Under the pieces are notes generated by a model that was not told the DNA's origin, did no database searches, and saw only the letters and a program-made list of their open reading frames with translations. A stretch of DNA of 64,000 nt from an uncultured Desulfatitalea sp. (GTDB taxonomy: Bacteria > Desulfobacterota > Desulfobacteria > Desulfobacterales > Desulfosarcinaceae). Below are positions 1 to 9,485 of this stretch, in pieces. The first letter of the stretch is position 1. Every line of letters begins with the position of its first letter. The position numbers and the translations under genes are program-made. The stretch spans positions 768,001 through 832,000 of the forward strand of contig CAXXMB010000001.1 in NCBI GenBank assembly GCA_963668675.2, read 5' to 3'.

Positions 1-1467
1 CAGGCCAGGACAATCCTGCCGGCCCAAATTCTTCCAGTACTCGACAGCCAGCACCACTTATCAGGGTTCATCCTCTACATCGAGGACCAGGCAGATCGGC
101 TGAAAAAGGACAAGGAGTCCTCCAAACGTCTGCTGGCCTGGCAGCACGAAATGACCCAGGCTGTCTCGGTGATCAAATCGACCTCCGAGTTACTTGGTGA
201 TGAAACCGACGGCCTTTCGGAAGAGAGTCGGACATTGATTGGGCTTGTCGCCAAAGAGGCCGATCTGGTGGCGGGGTTGTTGAAAAGACAGGATATCACG
301 AACCAATGGTCACCTAACAAACCCTGGCCCCTTACGCCCATCGATGCCATAGAGTGGCTGCGTTTTCTTAGCTATCGATCGGAGGAGATACTGCAACTCA
401 AACTCGATATCGATGCCGACGAGGGGGCAGGGCAGATCAGTGTCGACATTCACCATTTGACCAGCGCCCTGTTGTTCGTGCTGGCCAAAGTCATAGAATC
501 GGTTGAGGTGTCATCCGTCGCAGGACGTCTTTTTGCCAAAGGGAGTTGGATCTATCTCGATTTGAGTTGGGAAGGCGTGCCCATAGAGGCGGAGATCCTC
601 ACCCGCTGGAAACAGAGCCTTCCAAGGCTCAAAACTGTTGAATCAACCATACCGCTTAAGGAGATTTTAAGTGCGCATGGGGCCAAGCTCTGGATTCTAA
701 GCGACGATACGAAGCGGGGAAGGGCAGGGCTGCGCTTGTTGATTCCAATGATAGAGAACGCAGAAATCGTCTTGGTGGACGGTTTGACCACTGTGTTACC
801 TGATTCCCGCCCGGAGTTTTACGATTTCGACCTGTTCAAAAGCAGCGATCAGAACACCAGTCTTAATGACCAGTTGTTGACGGAACTGAGCTATACCGTC
901 TTCGATACGGAAACCACCGGATTAGATCCCCATGGGGGCGACGAGATCATCTCAATTGGCGCCGTCCGTATTGTGAACGGGCGCCTTTTGCTAAACGACA
1001 AGTTCGATCAACTGATCAATCCGGACCGAACACTGCCGTGGGCCTCGGTAAAGTATCACGGTATTCGACCGGAGATGCTCGCCGACCAGCCATACATCGC
1101 AGAGGTACTGCCGCGTTTTCATGCGTTCACACAGGGTACTGTGCTGGTCGGGCACAACGTGGCCTTCGATATGCGCATGCTGCAGATGAAAGAGCGTCAG
1201 ACAGGTATCTGTTTTACCAATCCTATTCTCGATACCATGCTGCTTTCAGATGTTGTTCATCCAGCCCACTCGAAACACAATCTGCAATCGGTCGCAGACC
1301 GATTGGGAGTTCGTATCATGGGCCGCCACACCGCTTTGGGGGATGCCACCGCCACCGGAGAGATCTTTCTTCGTCTGATTCCCTTGCTGGCCGCCCAGGG
1401 CATAAGAACTTTCCAGGAAGCGATAGGGGCATCGCAGAAAAGCCTCTATGCAAAGCTGAAATATTGA
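1..1467 (+). CDS. 5'-truncated multidomain protein ending in a DEDDh 3'-5' exonuclease (DNA pol III epsilon-like) domain
   Basis: Frame is open from base 1 (QARTILPAQIL...). ExoI VFDTETTG, ExoII HNVAFD and ExoIII RHTALGDA motifs are present. Confidence 0.85.
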   Translation, partial: QARTILPAQILPVLDSQHHLSGFILYIEDQADRLKKDKESSKRLLAWQHEMTQAVSVIKSTSELLGDETDGLSEESRTLIGLVAKEADLVAGLLKRQDITNQWSPNKPWPLTPIDAIEWLRFLSYRSEEILQLKLDIDADEGAGQISVDIHHLTSALLFVLAKVIESVEVSSVAGRLFAKGSWIYLDLSWEGVPIEAEILTRWKQSLPRLKTVESTIPLKEILSAHGAKLWILSDDTKRGRAGLRLLIPMIENAEIVLVDGLTTVLPDSRPEFYDFDLFKSSDQNTSLNDQLLTELSYTVFDTETTGLDPHGGDEIISIGAVRIVNGRLLLNDKFDQLINPDRTLPWASVKYHGIRPEMLADQPYIAEVLPRFHAFTQGTVLVGHNVAFDMRMLQMKERQTGICFTNPILDTMLLSDVVHPAHSKHNLQSVADRLGVRIMGRHTALGDATATGEIFLRLIPLLAAQGIRTFQEAIGASQKSLYAKLKY

Positions 1468-1646
1468 TGGTTTGCACGATCTTCTCCCATCTCTTCCAAC
1501 AGATATAGAAAACGTGAAATTTTTTCCGTCGAAGGCCTGCCAAAGGCAATGCATATCATTAAATGGTGATATGTGCCTGAACGCATTTCTGACAACAGTT
1601 GTAAAATGTGATAGTAAGCGGTTCGGTCTCCAATTTGAGGTGAGCG

Positions 1647-3050
1647 GTGAAGGTTCGTATCTCCAATAAACTACATCTCTCCTCGGTGCCTGATTCCATT
1701 TATGAGGAGCTTGTCTCCATGTTGCAGTTTACCAATCCAAAGTGGATTGAAAACGAACGCATGGGGCGTTGGAACAGGGGTGTTCCCAAAACGCTGAAAT
1801 TCTTCAGGCGCAACGGAACGGATGGGCTGGTGATCCCGCGCGGCATTATGCGGCAGTTGATTCTGATGGCGCGAAAGCAGGATGAGCCTGTGGTGATCCA
1901 GGATCTCAGGCGCAAAGCTGCAGAAGTGACATTTCGATTCAACGGACGCTTGCGTCCTTTTCAAACCATTGCCGTTACTGCCATGTTGTCGAAAGACTTC
2001 GGAACCTTGAGTGCCCCTACGGGTAGTGGCAAAACGGTGATGGCCCTGTGGATGATTGCCCAGCGAAGGCAGCCGACCCTTATTGTCGTTCACACCAAAG
2101 AGCTCGCCCGGCAGTGGGTCCAGAGGATTGGTGAACATCTGGGCATTGCTTCGGAGCAGGTGGGCGTGATCGGTGGCGGAAAGCAGAGAGTAGGAGAATC
2201 CATCACGGTGGCCATGGTGCAGTCTCTGTACAAATGCGCCGATGACATTGCGCCTGCCATCGGCCATTTGGTGGTGGATGAATGCCACCGAGCCCCCAGC
2301 CGCACCTTCACTGAAGCGGTAACCGCATTTGACGCCCACTACATGCTGGGACTGTCGGCCACCCCCTGGCGCCGCGATCGTCTCTCCAAATTGATTTTCT
2401 GGCACCTGGGAGATATCCATCATGAGGTACAGGTCGGCGACTTGGTCGCTTCCGGACATATTCTCGATATCGATGTGGTGTTTCGCCCCACCACTTTTGT
2501 CTCTTATGCAGACCCGGTCAACGAGTACAGCAAGATGCTTGCCGAACTGACCCATCATGACGAGCGTAACCGTATGATCGCCGCAGATGTCTTCACGGCG
2601 TTGGGCGGACAATGCAAATCCGGCGTTGGCCTGGTCCTCTCCGATCGCAAAAATCACTGCCAGGTGCTCAAGGCCTTGCTTCAGCACAAGTATCATCTCC
2701 CTGTGGGCCTGCTGACCGGTGACGTATCGCCGGAGCAGCGCGATGCTGTCGTCGATCGGCTCAATTCAGGAGAGATCCGGGTGTTGGTGGCGACGGGGCA
2801 ACTCGTCGGGGAGGGATTCGATTGTCCAAAGCTTTCAACACTGTTTCTGGCCACGCCGGTTCGCTTCAGCGGTCGCATTGTCCAGTACCTGGGACGGGTT
2901 TTAAGACCATCGGCGGGTGTCGAGCGCGCCAAGGTTTACGACTATGTGGATGAACATGTGGCGCCGTTGAAGGCTGCTGCCAGGGCGAGGCTAAAGGTTT
3001 ATGCCCAGATGCAGCGTGAGGGGACGATGGAGGGTGAAGATCGGCTATAG
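1647..3050 (+). CDS. SF2 DEAD/DEAH-box helicase (ResIII/XPB-like)
   Basis: Walker A APTGSGKT, DECH, SAT, EGFD and QYLGRVLR motifs. Confidence 0.9.
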   Translation: MKVRISNKLHLSSVPDSIYEELVSMLQFTNPKWIENERMGRWNRGVPKTLKFFRRNGTDGLVIPRGIMRQLILMARKQDEPVVIQDLRRKAAEVTFRFNGRLRPFQTIAVTAMLSKDFGTLSAPTGSGKTVMALWMIAQRRQPTLIVVHTKELARQWVQRIGEHLGIASEQVGVIGGGKQRVGESITVAMVQSLYKCADDIAPAIGHLVVDECHRAPSRTFTEAVTAFDAHYMLGLSATPWRRDRLSKLIFWHLGDIHHEVQVGDLVASGHILDIDVVFRPTTFVSYADPVNEYSKMLAELTHHDERNRMIAADVFTALGGQCKSGVGLVLSDRKNHCQVLKALLQHKYHLPVGLLTGDVSPEQRDAVVDRLNSGEIRVLVATGQLVGEGFDCPKLSTLFLATPVRFSGRIVQYLGRVLRPSAGVERAKVYDYVDEHVAPLKAAARARLKVYAQMQREGTMEGEDRL

Positions 3051-3051
3051 G

Positions 3052-3218
3052 AACAAGCGTGGAGCAGCAGCCGGTTGGAGCCCACAACATGAAGGTTTCA
3101 CGGTCCGTCCTGCCGGCCGTGACCGCCGTTTCCCGACGGATATGGCCGCCGCCATAAGGCCACGGTGCGATGGAAGCAACATGTTGGTGCCGTTAGGTCC
3201 TGCTGCCCCACACTTGTT
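3052..3218 (-). repeat. Long inverted repeat enclosing nested hairpins; candidate structured RNA or MITE-like element
   Basis: 19-bp arms 3052-3070 and 3200-3218; inner stem CAACATG/CATGTTG; three internal hairpins. Confidence 0.6.
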
Positions 3219-3229
3219 TGCACAAATTT

Positions 3230-3697
3230 TTAATTAACACTACCCGATGTATAATTCTTCAGCAGGTGATCCAGTTTGAGTTTCTGTTTGTTTGTCAACC
3301 CCCCAAATTTTACAGCCAGATGCTTCATCCTTAGAACGTCAAAAGCGGTATCGGAAGCAATTGAACGGTCTTCGATCGCTTGAAATGGCAGATGGCTCAA
3401 ATGGAAATCTTCATCGAGGAAGAGAATATCCATTTCGCAGTTCTGGTTGAGTATGCGATCGCTTGCAATGTAGCAAAAAGAGAGACCGCTGCGGCTGATT
3501 TCGACAATTTCACCCATGCAAGGCGGTTTGGATTTGATTATGGCCATTGCTATTTCACCCTTGCTCATGGTTTCGATCTGCTCCAACAGATGGTTGTCGG
3601 ATCGTACGATGGCAAACACCCGATTGTTGACAAGGTATCGCTTATGTTGACGTCTCTCTTTTTTGTTGCCGATGCTTGTTCCTCTTATGTCTGGCAT
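3230..3697 (-). CDS. PilZ-domain protein (putative c-di-GMP receptor)
   Basis: ERRQHKR (RxxxR) and EISRSG (D/NxSxxG-like) motifs; GGAGG RBS upstream. Confidence 0.75.
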   Translation of the reverse strand: MPDIRGTSIGNKKERRQHKRYLVNNRVFAIVRSDNHLLEQIETMSKGEIAMAIIKSKPPCMGEIVEISRSGLSFCYIASDRILNQNCEMDILFLDEDFHLSHLPFQAIEDRSIASDTAFDVLRMKHLAVKFGGLTNKQKLKLDHLLKNYTSGSVN

Positions 3698-4100
3698 GAT
3701 TGGACCCTCCAGAGCTGTGGTTCATTGCAGGCAAACCTGCCTGTGCGCTTACTGGTCCGCCGATTCAGGGGCGGACAAAGTGATATGTTTCCCGATTGAG
3801 ACGAATTCGGTTCGTCGTGTCGTTGCGTTAATAGAAACGTCGAATGTCAGCGTCAGTTTCATTGTGAGGGGCAGGTGGATGTATTTCTATGTGCGATCGC
3901 CAGGGGCGTTTTTTTATTCGCAATCGATTGATGTGCAGTGATTTACAGCGTGTGGATTGCATTTTTTGTGTGTTCTTTAAAAATACTCGGCAACTCCACT
4001 GGGTGTCAAGCGGAAAATAGAAAGCAACTCACGGGAAGAGAAGAGCGCTTGAATCAACAATGGGATATACGGTGTCGTTTCAAGAAGTGGTGGTGTCTCT

Positions 4101-4706
4101 CTATTCTGACGTTTCTTTCACGGGTGACATCTGTTCCACAACCGTTGCTTTCGTAATAATAATAGGATCTACAGGCACGTCCTTGTAACCGGATCGTTTA
4201 GTGGTGGGCGCATTTTCGATAGCAGTTACAACCTCAATGCCCTGGATGACTCGCCCGAAGACACAGTAGCCCCAACCGGAGGTGCTTTTGCGTTTGTAAT
4301 CGAGAAACGGATTGTCCTTTGCGTTGATGAAAAATTGGGCAGTGGCTGAATGAGGTGCTCGTGTGCGTGCCATGGAAATGGTGCCCTTCAGGTTCTTCAG
4401 GCCGTTGTCCGCTTCGTTGGAGATCGGGGCAAGGGTCTCCTTTTTGCGCATATCGGCCCCCAAGCCGCCGCCTTGTATCATAAACCCCTTGATCACACGG
4501 TGGAAGATGGTGTTGTTGTAAAAACCGTTTTTCACATACGCAAGAAAGTTCGCCGTGGTTTTGGGTGCGGCCAAGGCATTCAACTCAATGACAATGTTTC
4601 CTTTGGTCGTTTCCATTTGAACCCTTGGCATTTCGCTTTGAGCTTGGGCGACAGTAACGGTCAGAAAAAAGATTGCCAGGAGCCATTTAAAAAAGATGGA
4701 TGTCAT
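4101..4706 (-). CDS. ppiA: Cyclophilin-type peptidyl-prolyl cis-trans isomerase with signal peptide
   Basis: FHRVIKGFMIQGGG, SMART, SATAQFFIN and GYCVFG motifs; start set at ATG 4706 after an AAAGGA RBS. Confidence 0.9.
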   Translation of the reverse strand: MTSIFFKWLLAIFFLTVTVAQAQSEMPRVQMETTKGNIVIELNALAAPKTTANFLAYVKNGFYNNTIFHRVIKGFMIQGGGLGADMRKKETLAPISNEADNGLKNLKGTISMARTRAPHSATAQFFINAKDNPFLDYKRKSTSGWGYCVFGRVIQGIEVVTAIENAPTTKRSGYKDVPVDPIIITKATVVEQMSPVKETSE

Positions 4707-4767
4707 CGTTATATCCTTTTTGGAAAAGGGGTGTGAACAGATACGTTGCATAGAGCCATTAATCATC

Positions 4768-5694
4768 TTATCGGCGGAAAATCAAGGGCCTGCGATCATC
4801 CAATCGGGTAATGCCTTCTTCCATCGCCACTTGCACGGCCTCACGATATGTTTTGGCCTCCAGTGGTTTCGAAAGGGACGGTGTCTCATGGGCCAGCCCG
4901 CATGGGCGATATTGGGGCATGATATTGACATAGGTCTGTTGCGAGATCTCTAAGGCAATGAACCGCATCACTTGCCGGGTTCCTGCCAAGCCGCCGGGAA
5001 GAACCAGGTGCCTTACCAAAAGACCGCGATAAGCCAAGCCCTTTTCATCTATTCTCAGATCTCCGACCTGACGATACATCTCTTTGAGTGCTCCACAGGC
5101 CACCTGGCGGTAGTCTTTGGCGTTGCAGGTCTGTTCAGCAATGGTCTCGTCCCAGAACTTGAAATCGGGCATGTAGATATCGATGACCCCATCGAGCAGT
5201 TTCAAGGTCTCGACCAAATCGTAGCCACCCGTATTGTATACCAGGGGAATAGAGAGGCCTTGACGGGCCGCCAACAGGGTTGCCCCGAGGATTTGAGGGA
5301 CGACATGGCTGGGTGTGACAAAATTGATATTGTGGCAGCCCATGGATTGGAGGCGAAGCATGATATCGGCTAGCTGGCGATCGGTCACAGCGGATCCGTC
5401 TCCCAGGTGGCTGATCTCATAATTTTGGCAAAAGTTGCACAACAGATTGCAATGGGTGAAAAAAATCGTTCCCGATCCATTGTTGCCGACCAGGGGGGCC
5501 TCTTCACCGAAGTGGGCATTGAAGCTGGCAACGACGGCTTTTTTTCCGGTTTGGCAGAAACCGGTTTCACCGCTATTTCGATCCGCTTTGCAGCGGCGTG
5601 GGCAAAGCGTGCAACAGGACATGGCCTTGACGGCCTGTTCGGTTTTGGCCTGCAGAGACTGCTCGCCAAGTTTTATATATGCGGGCTCATTCAT
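4768..5694 (-). CDS. PflX-family radical SAM protein
   Basis: CTLCPRRC cluster, HFGEE, CNLLCNFCQN (CxxxCxxC), DIYMPDFK and RHLVLPG motifs. Confidence 0.85.
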   Translation of the reverse strand: MNEPAYIKLGEQSLQAKTEQAVKAMSCCTLCPRRCKADRNSGETGFCQTGKKAVVASFNAHFGEEAPLVGNNGSGTIFFTHCNLLCNFCQNYEISHLGDGSAVTDRQLADIMLRLQSMGCHNINFVTPSHVVPQILGATLLAARQGLSIPLVYNTGGYDLVETLKLLDGVIDIYMPDFKFWDETIAEQTCNAKDYRQVACGALKEMYRQVGDLRIDEKGLAYRGLLVRHLVLPGGLAGTRQVMRFIALEISQQTYVNIMPQYRPCGLAHETPSLSKPLEAKTYREAVQVAMEEGITRLDDRRPLIFRR

Positions 5695-5754
5695 TTGATG
5701 ATTCAGCCCAATCCCACTCCAGTGGCGGCCAATGGCAACGCTGGAGGAAGATCG

Positions 5755-6150
5755 CTATTCAAATGTCATGAACAGGCTGTCCTCCTTGCCTTCGGTCATG
5801 GGCTGGTTCTGTTTCCACTCGTGAATTGTACAGGCATTGCTCATCTCCGTCGGAACAATGCACCCGATGAAAGGCAGCACCGGGTCGCCGGCAAATGATT
5901 TGAAGTTGAGCATGACAGCCTCCTCTTGTGGCATCTGATCGAATTCGAGAAGCTGGCTGATAAAAATGTTGCATTGGCCCTCGAAGAATGTGGCAGATTC
6001 GCGGAATGACACCAAGCGTTCGCGGAACTTTTCAAGCGCCTGTTGAGATGACGAGGCTTGGATCATCATCGAAAATACGCCATAGCGGCGCTCTGTTTCA
6101 TTCTCATGCTGTTGATTGGTCAAGAATTGGAAGTTGGCTATGAAATACAT
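5755..6150 (-). CDS. Hypothetical protein
   Basis: 131-aa ORF with GAGGA RBS, co-oriented with the downstream radical SAM gene. Confidence 0.7.
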   Translation of the reverse strand: MYFIANFQFLTNQQHENETERRYGVFSMMIQASSSQQALEKFRERLVSFRESATFFEGQCNIFISQLLEFDQMPQEEAVMLNFKSFAGDPVLPFIGCIVPTEMSNACTIHEWKQNQPMTEGKEDSLFMTFE

Positions 6151-6319
6151 GGTGCATCCTCTCTCATATCAGTGGTCTCTATCCTGAAGCGGTGTCACTG
6201 CAGCCCAGATAATGCCCGCACCGGTTTCAACCCCTTATCAACGCGGGCTGTGCTTGGTCTGTCGAAATTGTTTCTTCAAGTATTTTAGATCTTTTGTCAA
6301 CAGGGTTGTCGATTCGGCG

Positions 6320-7468
6320 TTATCGATGCGCCTTTTCCGAGATGGTTTTGCTCATGCGGTCAAGCGCTGTTTCAAGCAGGATACGAGAGCATCCGAAATT
6401 GAGGCGAACGAATCCCGGAGCACCGAATGCGGCGCCGTCCGAAAGCCCCACCCCTCCGTTTTCAAACAGTTCCGCCGGATTCGTCGTTTGCATGGGACGG
6501 GCATCGATCCAGGCCAGATAGGTGGCTTCAACCCGGCCCATTTCGAGCTCGGGTTTTTCGCATACCCACTCGAACACCCGATCACGGTTACCTCTCAGGT
6601 AAACAAGCAGCTGGTTGAGCCAGGGGGATCCAAATTCCAGAGCAGCTTGGGCAGCCACGAAGCCCATGACGTTGACATGGGGAACGATACCGGCCATGGC
6701 TCTTTTGAAGCGCTGACGTAGTTTGGGGTTGGAGATGACGGCGAAGGCGCATCCGAGACCTGGAATGTTGTATGTCTTGCTGGGCGCCATCAGCGTGATG
6801 GTCCTCTCTGCTACCTCCGGACTGATCGTCGCCATGGGAATGTGGCGGCACCCAGGATCCAGAACCAGATCGCAATGGATCTCGTCGGAGCAGATAACCA
6901 TACCCGATTTCAGGCAGATATCGGCCAATGTCTCGAGTTCGGGGCGGCTAAAGATCCGTCCGGTAGGGTTGTGGGGGGCGCACAGTAAAAACATGGCCGT
7001 TTTTGGATCGACAGCTAACTTTAATGCATCCCAGTCAAACTGCCACCGCTCATCGCTATACAAAAGTGTGGTCGTTTGGAGCCGTTTTCCGGCCAGTCCG
7101 GGAGCGCTTAGAAAAGGTGGATAGACCGGGACGGTGGTGAGGATGCCTGCACCGGACTTTCCCCAGCTGCGACAGGCGACATTGATCCCGGTCACCAGAC
7201 CGGGTAGCCAGACGATCCACGCCGGCTCCACTTCCCAGCGGTAGGTTTCACAGAGGTGAGTGATGAGGGTTGATTTCAGCCGCTGAGACGGGCCGCCATA
7301 ACCAAATATCCCGTGGTCGATTCTCTGATGCAGGGCGTCGAGAAGATCGGGTGGAGAGGGGAAATCCATATCGGCCACCCACATGGGAATGATGTCTCTC
7401 TCTCCGTATCGCTGCCACTTATGGCTGTCTGAACCGGTTCTGTCGACGACTGTATCAAAATCAAACAT
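6320..7468 (-). CDS. MalY/PatB-family PLP-dependent C-S lyase
   Basis: PMWVADMDF, PHNPTG, SDEIH and APSKTYN (PLP Lys) motifs. Confidence 0.9.
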   Translation of the reverse strand: MFDFDTVVDRTGSDSHKWQRYGERDIIPMWVADMDFPSPPDLLDALHQRIDHGIFGYGGPSQRLKSTLITHLCETYRWEVEPAWIVWLPGLVTGINVACRSWGKSGAGILTTVPVYPPFLSAPGLAGKRLQTTTLLYSDERWQFDWDALKLAVDPKTAMFLLCAPHNPTGRIFSRPELETLADICLKSGMVICSDEIHCDLVLDPGCRHIPMATISPEVAERTITLMAPSKTYNIPGLGCAFAVISNPKLRQRFKRAMAGIVPHVNVMGFVAAQAALEFGSPWLNQLLVYLRGNRDRVFEWVCEKPELEMGRVEATYLAWIDARPMQTTNPAELFENGGVGLSDGAAFGAPGFVRLNFGCSRILLETALDRMSKTISEKAHR

Positions 7469-7528
7469 AAATGAATATCCAATAGGTTAGATCAAATTAT
7501 ATAAACGGATAGATTACGTTTGTTTCAT

Positions 7529-8530
7529 CTACGGTTTGATTTGAACGACACACCGTCCTTTGTGCTTTCCTTTTAGCATGGCATCCATTCGTTCGGAGAC
7601 CTCCTCCATTGCGATGAGATCCATGAAGGATTCCAGACCGGGCCGATGCCACTCGCCGGCCAATCGGTTCCAAATGGTTTTACGGATCTCTTGGGGGCAT
7701 TCGGCCGAATCGATTCCGATCAAGCTGATCCCCCTCAAAATGAAGGGGTAGACCGTCAGATCCAACTTGGGCGAAGCTGTATTCCCGCAACAAGTGACGG
7801 CACCGCCGTACTGAATCGAACGCAGTGCAAACGAGAGGATATCGCCGCCGACCGTGTCGATGGCGCCCGCAAAACGTCCTGGCAATAGAGGCTTTCCGGA
7901 TGTGTCGATGGCAGATTTGCGGTCCAACACCTCTTTTGCACCCAATTTTGTTAAAAAATCAATTGCTTCCGCCTTGCCTGAGGCAGCGACAACCGAATAG
8001 CCTCCAGCGGAAAGGATGGATACCGCCAGGCTGCCCACACCGCCACTGGCACCGGTTACCAGAACATCACCGCTTTGGGGTGTAATTCCGGCATCCTCCA
8101 GTTTGAGCAAACTGAGAGCTGCCGTTAGACCGGCAGTGCCATACATCATGCTCTGTTTGAGCGTCATGTCGCGGGGCAGACGAATCACCCAATCGGCCGG
8201 CACTCGGATATACTCCGCCAATCCACCGGAGGTGTTCATCCCCAGGTCATGGCCAGTGACGAGGACCGGCTCTCCAATAGAAAAGTCGTCACAACTGCTG
8301 TCCGCAACCTCACCGGCTGCATCGATCCCAGGTGTGTGGGGGTAGCGGCGGGTGACCCCTTTGTTCCCAGAGGCGGAGAGAGCATCTTTATAGTTGAGGG
8401 AAGAATAATGGACCTTGATTAAAACATCGCCTTTGGGTAAATCAGAAACCGCTCTGGTCTGGATACTGCTGACAAATTGATGGTCAGCCGTCTCTTCGAC
8501 TACTATGGCGCGAAACAATGTCTGGGTCAT
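7529..8530 (-). CDS. YhdH/YhfP (AcuI-like) MDR oxidoreductase
   Basis: YSSLNYKD, PGIDAAG, VTGASGGVG and PFILRG motifs. Confidence 0.9.
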   Translation of the reverse strand: MTQTLFRAIVVEETADHQFVSSIQTRAVSDLPKGDVLIKVHYSSLNYKDALSASGNKGVTRRYPHTPGIDAAGEVADSSCDDFSIGEPVLVTGHDLGMNTSGGLAEYIRVPADWVIRLPRDMTLKQSMMYGTAGLTAALSLLKLEDAGITPQSGDVLVTGASGGVGSLAVSILSAGGYSVVAASGKAEAIDFLTKLGAKEVLDRKSAIDTSGKPLLPGRFAGAIDTVGGDILSFALRSIQYGGAVTCCGNTASPKLDLTVYPFILRGISLIGIDSAECPQEIRKTIWNRLAGEWHRPGLESFMDLIAMEEVSERMDAMLKGKHKGRCVVQIKP

Positions 8531-8592
8531 GTTGATTACCTCCCATCAGGTATGGTTTTATCTGCTGCAAGCCTCAACGGAATAGAGCTGAT

Positions 8593-9483
8593 ATGGTCGA
8601 AACCCCTATTATTGAAGCCATCGGCGTGAGCAAACAGTACGGTTCGGTAACTGCTGTGGACAATCTGGATCTGTCGGTTCCACAAGGTGTCTGTTTCGGG
8701 TTGCTTGGGCCGAACGGCGCCGGGAAAACGACCTTGATCGAAATGATCGAAGATATCATCTCTACCAGCTCCGGTGAATTTCGCTACCAGGGAAAGCGCC
8801 GTTCGGCCTCATTTCGTGAGAAGATTGGCATCATGTTCCAACAGACCTCCCTGTTGGGCTTTATGACCGTATACGAAACGTTGCGTACTTTCCAGGCCCT
8901 TTACCACCATTCCTATGATATCGAGCAGTTGATTCGGCTATGTCACCTTGACGATATCCGCAGACAGCTTAACGATAAAATTTCCGGAGGCCAGCGTCAA
9001 CGATTGTTGCTGGCGCTGGCACTCATCAATCAGCCCGAACTGCTTTTTCTCGACGAGCCGAGCACCGGCCTCGATCCCCAGGCGAGGCGAAACATGTGGG
9101 ATATTGTTCATCGTATCAAACGTGATGGCAAGACCATTATCCTCACCACCCACTATATGGAGGAGGCCCAACAACTATGCGATATCGTGGCCATAATGGA
9201 TAAGGGCAAAATTATCGCCAAGGGCCATCCGGAGGAGTTGATCCGCCGTTATACGAGCGGGGCAGAAATTGTGTTGCCAACCGAGGCACTGGGGGATGGA
9301 AAAGGTGTTCTGCCCCTTGAGACAGCGGCAGAAGGGGGGCACCTGACTATCCAGGTGGAGGATATGAACGTAGCGATTGAAACGCTTTTGGCCGCTGGGG
9401 CCGATCTGACCCACCTGAGCGTCCACAATCCGACCCTTGAGACCGTATTCTTGAACCTTACCGGACGCCAATTGAGGGATTGA
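8593..9483 (+). CDS. ABC-2 transporter ATP-binding subunit
   Basis: GPNGAGKTT, ISGGQ, LDEP and THY motifs. Confidence 0.93.
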   Translation: MVETPIIEAIGVSKQYGSVTAVDNLDLSVPQGVCFGLLGPNGAGKTTLIEMIEDIISTSSGEFRYQGKRRSASFREKIGIMFQQTSLLGFMTVYETLRTFQALYHHSYDIEQLIRLCHLDDIRRQLNDKISGGQRQRLLLALALINQPELLFLDEPSTGLDPQARRNMWDIVHRIKRDGKTIILTTHYMEEAQQLCDIVAIMDKGKIIAKGHPEELIRRYTSGAEIVLPTEALGDGKGVLPLETAAEGGHLTIQVEDMNVAIETLLAAGADLTHLSVHNPTLETVFLNLTGRQLRD

Positions 9484-9485
9484 TA

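Noticed and set aside
1671..2696. 341-aa minus-strand ORF
   Set aside because: Antisense shadow of the helicase gene, with no recognisable motifs.
3727..3780. GGCAAACC hairpin near the PilZ gene as a possible c-di-GMP-I riboswitch
   Set aside because: Wrong strand, and it lacks the GNRA loop and the downstream conserved GEMM motif.
7529..8530. YhdH reductase as the missing enoyl reductase of the pfa-ole system
   Set aside because: It lies over 6 kb away in another transcription unit and belongs to a widespread family; there is no supporting evidence.
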